The position numbers and the translations under genes are program-made. Of a stretch of DNA of 64,000 nucleotides, positions 12,096-21,245 are shown in pieces. This stretch comes from Macrostomum lignano. Taxonomy: Eukaryota. Under the pieces are notes generated by a model. The model was not told the origin of the DNA. It ran no database searches and saw nothing but the letters and a program-made list of their open reading frames with translations. Location: assembly GCA_002269645.1 (NCBI GenBank), contig NIVC01000633.1:62001-126000 (forward strand), in the 5' to 3' direction. Within the stretch, counting starts at the first letter, position 1, and each line of letters begins with the position of its first letter.

Positions 12096-13050
12096 TGATT
12101 CCCGTTTGATCAGCAGCTGCAGTGTGACACCTGCTGCCTTGATTCCCGTTTGATCAGCAGCTGCAGTGTGACACCTGCTGCCTTGATCCCCGTTTGATCA
12201 GCAGCTGCAGTGTGACACCTGCTGCCTTGATCCCCGTTTGATCAGCAGCTGCAGTGTGACACCTGCTGCCTTGATTCCCGTTTGATCAGCAGCTGCAGTG
12301 TGACACCTGCTGCCTTGATTCCCGTTTGATCAGCAGCTGCAGTGTGACACCTGCTGCCTTGATTCCCGTTTGATCAGCAGCTGCAGTGTGACACCTGCTG
12401 CCTTGATTCCCGTTTGATCAGCAGCTGCAGTGTGACACCTGCTGCCTTGATTCCCGTTTGATCAGCAGCTGCAGTGTGACACCTGCTGCCTTGATTCCCG
12501 TTTGATCAGCAGCTGCAGTGTGACACCTGCTGCCTTGATTCCCGTTTGATCAGCAGCTGCAGTGTGACACCTGCTGCCTTGATTCCCGTTTGATCAGCAG
12601 CTGCAGTGTGACACCTGCTGCCTTGATACCCGTTTGATCAGCAGCTGCAGTGTGACACCTGCTGCCTTGATTCCCGTTTGATCAGCAGCTGCAGTGTGAC
12701 ACCTGCTGCCTTGATTCCCGTTTGATCAGCAGCTGCAGTGTGACACCTGCTGCCTTGATTCCCGTTTGATCAGCAGCTGCAGTGTGACACCTGCTGCCTT
12801 GATTCCCGTTTGATCAGCAGCTGCAGTGTGACACCTGCTGCCTTGATTCCCGTTTGATCAGCAGCTGCAGTGTGACACCTGCTGCCTTGATTCCCGTTTG
12901 ATCAGCAGCTGCAGTGTGACACCTGCTGCCTTGATTCCCGTTTGATCAGCAGCTGCAGTGTGACACCTGCTGCCTTGATACCCGTTTGATCAGCAGCTGC
13001 AGTGTGACACCTGCTGCCTTGATTCCCGTTTGATCAGCACCTGCAGTGTG
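12096..13050. repeat. 44-bp minisatellite TGATTCCCGTTTGATCAGCAGCTGCAGTGTGACACCTGCTGCCT
   Basis: About 21 near-perfect units with no spacers. Confidence 0.97.
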
Positions 13051-13616
13051 CCTTGGTTCCTGCTCATTAAGCAGCAAGCAACTCAAAAAACGTTTCTGAA
13101 ATTGGTGTTGAAATGTTCAGCCCAGCATTGCAAGACTTATTGTTACCGAAATAAATTTTTGATTCGTGACTGTAGAAATTAAAATGTCTATTTTTACAGT
13201 ACCTGCAGACTATTGATTTGCAATTATTTTTTGCGCATTGAGCTGCTGCGAGTCTCAGGTCTAAAACTGGTTGACTTTGGCAGTTAAACTGGCTGGCCGA
13301 CAGCTCAAACGCCGCCAGTTTCTCTGCCCCTCCACCACTGCGAGGCCGGGCCCAATGCTTTGAGCACAAGCCTCCAGTCAGCCCAGCATGCAGCCAGGTG
13401 ACTGGCCGTGAAAAACTTATTTTAATTGCATGCATCTCTCGCCGTATCTGTCTAAGCCAGAGGTTGCGGAATCCCAGCCTCCGCTGGGTGGGCGATGTTG
13501 CCGGAAAACAATCCACTTTGGCCAATTACCTGCATGCTGAGCGGCCCGGCAAAAAGGTTGAAAACAACAGCGTTTGTCTGGGAAAACCTGCCCCATGTTT
13601 TTGCGCGGCGCGTCGC

Positions 13617-13945
13617 TGAGCCGAAGTGAGACAGACGGACGCCTGAAAGTCACTGACTGCCTTGAGCCGAAGTGAGACAGACGGACGCCTGAAAGTCATT
13701 GACTGCCTTGAGCCGAAGTGAGACAGACGGACGCCTGAAAGTCACTGACTGCCTTGAGCCGAAGTGAGACAGACGGACGCCTGAAAGTCATTGACTGCCT
13801 TGAGCCGAAGTGAGACAGACGGACGCCTGAAAGTCACTGACTGCCTTGAGCCGAAGTGAGACAGACGGACGCCTGAAAGTCACTGACTGCCTTGAGCCGA
13901 AGTGAGACAGACGGACGCCTGAAAGTCACTGACTGCCTTGAGCTG
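13617..13945. repeat. 46-bp minisatellite directly upstream of the DEG/ENaC-1 ATG
   Basis: About 7 units of TGAGCCGAAGTGAGACAGACGGACGCCTGAAAGTCACTGACTGCCT. Confidence 0.95.
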
Positions 13946-13947
13946 AA

Positions 13948-16900
13948 ATGAGCGCAGCAGCTCAGACGCCGAGCGGCAACGCTGTCGTTGCCGACTCCTC
14001 ACGCAGAGACAGGGATCCGCGCCAGTTCGTGGCCAGCTTCCTGGACTACACCACCGCGCACGGACTCGGCCGCTTCGCTCACCAGTCCAGCCTGCTGGGC
14101 AGGATGATCTGGCTGACCTTCCTGCTCGGCACCTACAGCGGCTTCGTCTACCACCTGTACACCCTGTTCGGCAGGTTCCTCACCGCTCCGGTGCTCACCA
14201 CCATGACAATGTCCACGCTGTCGTACGAGTTCCCGGATGTGTACATCTGTCCCGCACAAGCCGTCACACTGAGCAGGGCCATTGAGCAGATGCCGATAGG
14301 CCTAATCAACTGGAGAGAGAATGACAGGACAGTCCCGATCGATTTCAAAATACACTTCTATGAGTTCGACTTGGAGTCTCGGAACTACGCTGCGCAGAAC
14401 AAGCCGGCGCAAGCTCTGATGAATGTGCTGCAGAGTGCCGAGAGCTCGCTCATGGCCGAGCTGCAGTTCCCCAAGAGCAGTGAGCTCCTAATATATCTGC
14501 ATCTAAAAGTTCATCTTTCTCAGTATTTTATGAGTAGTTCACTGAGTCCCACTGTGCAACGAACTTCTCAGGCAGAGTGGAGTGCAGGACCACGCTCTCC
14601 GGTGAGGAGTACTCGGGCAACGCCAGTGTTGCGGTTGTCTACGACCGGACGAAGATGCGAGTCACGGCTTCGAACATTTCTGGCGTGCTGCCGCCATTCA
14701 GGACGTACAGGCAGTGCATGCAATGGAACGATGCGGCTCAGAGGCTGAGAAGTGTGAACACCAGTTTAACACACAGCCTCGCTGACCGACTGCTGGCGCT
14801 GAACTTCTCCGACAGCGAGTCTCGCTGTCGCTCCCCGCCAGGGCTCCCGCTGTCCGAGTTTTTCCCCATCGCGAATCGTGAGTCAAGAGATTGGTTTCGC
14901 AAGCTTTATTCAGCTTTATTCGACATTCCAACCGAACCTGGAATTACAGGCCCCATGCTGCGGCTTGTTGGTTGCTTTGAGGCGAACTTCACCGACCATG
15001 AATTCAACTACACCTGCGACACGGAAGGCATTGTGACTCACGAGACCTGCGCTCACTGTTGCGCTTCGCTCGACTTCAGCCACATCGCGCTGCAAGTTGA
15101 CAGCTGCCTGTGCGGAGCGAGTCCCCCAAGCTCCGGCAATGACAGCGGCGTCTGCAGCAGTCGCTGCGCCAGCAACGATCAGCAGCACTGCGGGTCAGCA
15201 TCCGCCATCACGGTGCTGCAGATCGGAGACACAGGTGAGTCTCTTGAATTCTCATCAGCAGAAGCCTCTATAACTCTAGCCGAGGCTCAATCCGCTTGCA
15301 GAGCCGAGGCCGCTGCAGGTGGGAAACTTCAGCAACCTCACAGTCTTCTCGCACGGGCCCTACTGCTTCTTCACTGATGAGCGAGACAGGCTGGGCGCTG
15401 CGTTCTGCGATGTGCCTTTCTGCCGTGAGTGAGTTTGCCATACCGAGGATTACCTCCTCAGTTACACCGCACCAATGCTACACTTTTGCAGCGATGTCAG
15501 GTGCTTACGACTGCATCGTGAGCTCTGAGAACAAGACCCTTGAGCGGCTGACTCGGGCCCGGTACACCGGTAGGAAGAACTACACAATCACTGGGAAGCC
15601 GTGCGTGCCGTGGAGCAAGCTGGAGAAGATACAAGAGGATACGTACATAAGAATGGGTAACTATGCGACCGCTGCATGCACAGAATGCCATAAAATGCCC
15701 GAGTTCGAATTCATATCCATGACTTGCAAACGCCGACTACTCACAGGTTATAATTACCACAAGCAGTTCGGATTTCACATTCAGACTCCGGATTTCAATC
15801 CCAACAGCAGCGACAATTTCTGCCGATCGGCACAGATCGTTATCGACCACGGGTCGTACTTTAGTTCGCACGAGGCTTCGTAAGAAAATCTTCCTATCGA
15901 ATTCTTTCTTTGACTTCTGCTGCATAAAACTTTAAAGATGTTTAACTCAACCTCTGCTTCTAACTCGTATTTATAAAAAATAATTTCAGTCGCTTCGCAC
16001 AAGAAATGTCTGATGTGCCGGGCTGCATTCCGGACATCATGGGCTGGGGCGGTCTGTTTGATGCTGACTTCGAGCCCTGCGAGATCCCGCTGTGTTGTAA
16101 GTCGCTTTTTCAGGGCCTTTAGAGCCCTCTTTGTTGAACAAACGATTGATAGGAAATTCGCATTACAAAATTTCTTCCCTAATCCAGCATTCACATAACA
16201 TTTAACAGATGCCGCGGTCCCCAGCGTGACGGGCGCCGTCAGAGACTCAGTCGGCAGCCACCTGCTGGCCCGACAGTTCGGCAGCGACCTCAACGCCGGC
16301 CTCGCCGAGTGCAGCTTTGCTGGCCAGAAGTGCACCAAGGACGACTTTGTGAACGTCGCCCACCCGCAGCTGGGCATGTGCCACAAGTTTCTCAAGCAGC
16401 GCTTCACCGCCAACATGACCAGCACGCAGTTGGCGGAGAGCCAGCTGTCCATCAAGTACTTCACGGACTCGACAGACTCCAAGGGTCAGACGGTGTCCAA
16501 CATCAACAAGCTGACGCGGGTGGTGCGAGACAGCCACGGCTCCGATGCGACTCAGGTCGCATTCAAGGTGAGTCTTCGTCGGTCGCTGAGCGTCTCAGTG
16601 TCTCACGCAATCTCTGAGCTTGGCTGCTCAACCGCGAACCCGCAGGCGGTCATCGTCCCGGATAGCTCGTTCCCGTGGGCCTCGAAGGGAATCGATGTGG
16701 CCACCGCTCAGCGCATGGACGTGCAGCTGAGGTTCGACAAGTATTCCAGACTGTCAACTACATCAAGGCCCTGCCTTGAGACTACGGAGCCGATCACCTA
16801 CCGACTGCCGTCCTGGAAGTCAGCTCCATTTAATGAGAACCCGGAGTGAGTCTTGATGCAGAAACATTTTATCGCCGTGAAGACTGCGCACTGACTGATC

Positions 16901-18242
16901 AATGATTCCCTTTACAGCGACAGTTTCGACTTAAATGCGGTTGCCATGGTGACTGATTGGTGGCTGAAAGTTGCCGCAATGGAAGTGCAGCTTCGGAAGC
17001 AGAAGCAAGGTGCATTGAGGTATGGACCATAGGCTTTAGCTTGTGCGAGTGTGACTGCCAGGTTTGCAAAAGTTGCACGCATTTCCTAAATTTGCAGTTC
17101 GCTGTCGGAATTCGACTTAGAATTCAAGCTGACTGACCGAGACGACTGCATCAACACACACGTTGTGAAGAAGTTCATCGCGGAATGCCACTGCCTGCCG
17201 TCGTTCCTGCCGATTCCGGTGGAGTACTTTTCGAATTACACCTACTGTTTTGCTTTTCAAGCCGCTGGAAACGTTTCCATGGAAACGGACATGTGCTACA
17301 GAAAGCAGAAGTCGAAGGTGCTGGAGTACCAGTTTGCTGCGGTCCGGCTGTGCCAGTCTCCCTGCCGTACAGCCGAGTACAGCGTCCGCCACATCACCTA
17401 TCCGTGGCCGAACCTGAACGGTCTGCAGTCGTTCTCGTTTCTGAAAGCCCTGGCCACCGCGTTTGGATACGGCAGCAACCCCAGCGGCCTGAGGGGCCTG
17501 AACAGCATCTACAGCATCTACCTGAGATCCCTGAGGGATTCGGCAATTCCTGTCAGCAATCGGAGCGCGACAGAAATCCTGAGCTTTCAAAACGAGCTGA
17601 CGGTGCTGCAGAACCGACTGGCTCAGCTGACGGTCCAGGCCTGGACGTCATTCGGCCAGGAGATCTTGGAGGAGGAGGCCTACCCGGCCAAGAACCTCGT
17701 GGCCGACATTGGAGGTGACAATGAGCAGATTCTGTACTCAGTGACCCTTGAGATGACAATGAGCAGATTGTGTACTCAGTGACCCTTGAGGTGACAATGA
17801 GCAGATTCTGTACTCAGTGACCCTGGAGGCGACAATGAGCAGATTGTGTACTCAGTGACCCTTGAGATGACAATGAGCAGATTGTGTACTCAGTGACCCT
17901 GGATCCCAAGTCTCTCAGGAATGTCAGCTTTCGCATCTCATGCCTAAAATTGCAGGTACCTTGGGTCTTTGGTCGGGAATTTCCATTCTGACCGTTTGCG
18001 AGCTGCTCGAGCTGCTCATCTACATCGGCCTGGCCATCGGCTACAAATTCCACAGAGTCGCTGCGCCCCGCAACCGGAACAATGGCGGCCCTGGAGCCAA
18101 CAACAACTTCAACAACAATTGCACCAATACCGGCAGTGTCACAACCGTGGCCGCATCTGTTGCTGGGTGCTCGGAGATGACACAGTCGGCTGTGAGTCAG
18201 GATTCTGTTCAGGTTGAGTTGGAGTCCAATTCCAGGATGTAA
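13948..18242 (+). CDS. DEG/ENaC/ASIC-superfamily channel subunit (paralog 1) with a kringle[WSC]-kringle insertion, ~1037 aa
   Basis: 11 exons (13948-14479, 14572-14877, 14950-15234, 15302-15424, 15492-15656, 15747-15879, 15990-16096, 16209-16567, 16646-16845, 17098-17714, 17956-18242) total 3114 nt in frame. TTAHG pre-TM1 motif, TM1, FPDVYIC, CSFAGQKC...GMCHKF, Cys-rich thumb, and LVADIGGTLGLWSGISILTVCE TM2. Confidence 0.92.
16940..16953. promoter_or_regulatory. Candidate RFX X-box GTTGCCATGGTGAC in DEG/ENaC-1 intron 8
   Basis: Matches GTNRCC-N(0-3)-RGYAAC with one mismatch; adjacent reverse CCAAT (CTGATTGG). Confidence 0.4.
17715..17900. repeat. 38-bp minisatellite starting exactly at the donor of the last DEG/ENaC-1 intron
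   Basis: Five units of GTGACAATGAGCAGATTCTGTACTCAGTGACCCTTGAG. Confidence 0.95.
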
Positions 18243-18794
18243 CGCGAAGTTGTGAATGTGGTTTGAGAATTGATGCCGGAAACTAGTCCAAGAAGTCTGA
18301 GAAGTACAGGTCCAAGCCCATGAACATCTATTGACATCTGTTGGCCTTGCTGTGCTTGGGAGCTCCTATCTACTAAAGAATTATATAAGCAAATTTTAAA
18401 GAATGTTTTTTAATTACAAGTATGTTTCACTCGCTTCAGTTTAAATCTTTAATAACAAACCTAACGATGTACGAGTATGTTTGGTAAGACATTTTGATGT
18501 TAGTCCTCTTCATCTGTTTGTCAGATCAGAAATAGTTTTCACTGAAACCTTTTTCTTTTGCTTACCTGTTTTTTTCCCTTCCTCTTACAAAACTTGACCT
18601 TTTAAATTCTTATTGTCACTCCTGAATAAATTTGTTTTAATTTAGACGTGCCTGTAGACACTTTTCCACCGATGGCTGCACTTTCTCGGCATCTAACTCA
18701 GAGAAGCGTTGAACTTTTTAACCCTGAAAAAGTTACTGAAACTTTATCATGAATACCAAGATAGACTTTAATACGCAATACAACAGCTGCTAGT

Positions 18795-19163
<369 letters not shown>

Positions 19164-19497
19164 AATTATTTGATTTATCATTCATTCAGTCTGAAACAGC
19201 CAGACCAGATCATTTGCGCCAATGGCTCGTGGCGAGGGAAAAAGACCAGACCGCCAAGACGATTTCCTTCGATGGCGTGTCCCCCTTTAGTGACACCAAA
19301 CCCGAGTGTGATGTACCGCTGTCCTGTCTTTGTCTGCACCCCGTCACGCTGTACTCCAACTGGAGCTTTGGCACCTTCGAGAGCGCCAAAATCATAAACG
19401 AGGATGAAGATATGCATTAGTGGCGGAGCCCATTAAATGGAGTTTGATGTCAATCCGGAGCTTCCATATAGCAGCGCCGCTGCAACAGCAGTCGCGT

Positions 19498-19962
19498 GAC
19501 GTCACTGCTGAGGGAACGTCACTGCTGAGGGAACGTCACTGCTGAGGGAACGCCACTGCTGAGGGAACGCCACTGCTGAGGGAACGTCACTGCTGAGGGA
19601 ACGTCACTGCTGAGGGAACGTCACTGCTGAGGGAACGCCACTGCTGAGGGAACGCCACTGCTGAGGGAACGTCACTGCTGAGGGAACGTCACTGCTGAGG
19701 GAACGTCACTGCTGAGGGAACGTCACTGCTGAGGGAACGTCACTGCTGAGGGAACGCCACTGCTGAGGGAACGCCACTGCTGAGGGAACGTCACTGCTGA
19801 GGGAACGTCACTGCTGAGGGAACGTCACTGCTGAGGGAACGTCACTGCTGAGGGAACGTCACTGCTGAGGGAACGTCACTGCTGAGGGAACGCCACTGCT
19901 GAGGGAACGCCACTGCTGAGGGAACGTCACTGCTGAGGGAACGTCACTGCTGAGGGAACGTC
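19498..19962. repeat. 17-bp minisatellite GTCACTGCTGAGGGAAC
   Basis: About 27 units. Confidence 0.97.
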
Positions 19963-20790
19963 TGGAGAAGCTGGAGAATGGCGCGCGCTCGATCCGTCAG
20001 CGACCAACGTCAGGTTCCACACACCTTCAGAAAGCAGGAGGCTAAGAAGCTGGAGTAAATGCAGCGGCAGGGCAAGCTGACGGTGAAGTTTGACGCTCGA
20101 TCACTGCCGCATCGGCATCAGACTCCTTGGTTGGCTGCTCTCAGACCGAGGTCGCCCCGGAGGATCAGCCTGAGGATTCCGATGAGGATTCTTTGAGCGC
20201 CACATCGAGTCACTATCCGAGAACGAACTTCTTTCTCTGCTTACCGGAGCGTCACATGCCGGAGCCATCGAGTCTCGCACCAGCTGCGAAGAAGACTGAG
20301 ACAATCAGGTGGAGGCCAGAGCTCAGCTTCTACTACCGATTCGTGCCTTGAGTCAGATCGACATTCGGTTTTTGGCATTCTGCTCGGAGAATCAGAGCGG
20401 TAGGGATGCCCCGAGTTCACGAGAGAGCTCAGTCTTAATGCCCCTGTTGCTCAGACTTCCCTATGCACCAAGCTGCCACACCAGGGAGTCAACAGCATCA
20501 TTAATTTAATCAAAATTTAATCAAAATCACCTGCCACCTGCTTGGTCCACAGCGGCTGGCACGGCCTTGCAAAAAAATTAATTAGTCCAATTGGACTTCT
20601 CATTTTTAATCTTTCAAATCCATTTCAATTTGCAGATAGGTAATTTTCAGTTTTCAGCACTAAATTGAAGGCAACAAGCGCTTGGTTCAGGGCGGTTTCA
20701 CAAGTTTATCCGATTTGATGTCGGATAATTACGAGGCTGGCAAACAATCGAAGTTAAAGCTCTACTCGTTTTCAGGGTCTTGCAGACAGC

Positions 20791-20836
20791 GGGTAGGGTT
20801 AGGGTTAGGGCTAGGATTAGGGTTAGGGTTAGGGGG
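20791..20836 (+). repeat. Interstitial telomeric-type (TTAGGG)n tract
   Basis: GGGTAGGGTTAGGGTTAGGGCTAGGATTAGGGTTAGGGTTAGGGGG. Confidence 0.8.
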
Positions 20837-21083
20837 TGGCGGCGCGTTGACAATGGCGGCAGCTCGATCCTGCGCTCGTCTGCAAAGTCGCCTGCCAGGT
20901 TTAGTGAAATGCGCCGCTAATTTTGCCCGTCAGAGCGTTATATTGAATAGCACCAGTTAGTTGAGTGGGAAATGATGGTACACCCTTGCATACATTGTAG
21001 TGGCAGCTTCCGTGGTTCCCTAAAGGATGCTATACAGAGCTTTGTGCAATCTGGTGGAAGCAAAGGCAACCTTAAAGTCCATA

Positions 21084-21245
21084 ACCGCTGTGTTCGGCTG
21101 TGGAGACTGGCACAGCCGGACCCCAGCAAACTGGCACTCCAGCACCACCTTCAACTGTTGCTATCTTTAGCACATGTCCGTTTCCATGGACACGTTTCCA
21201 CCAGCTTGAGAATCAAAACAGTGAAGGTGTCAATGAACTATTTAT
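21084..21245 (-). pseudogene. Decayed inverted fragment of DEG/ENaC-1 exon 10
   Basis: The reverse complement aligns to ~17225-17385 (GGAAACGT.TCCATGGAAACGGACATGTGCTA; GGTCCGGCTGTGCCAGTCTCC) with in-frame stops (TAC->TAA, AAG->TAG) and indels. Confidence 0.85.

Noticed and set aside
12096-13050. CRISPR-like appearance of this and other regular arrays (31, 36, 44, 54 bp units)
   Set aside because: Units are contiguous with no unique spacers, there are no cas genes, and the context is intron-containing eukaryotic DNA. These are minisatellites.
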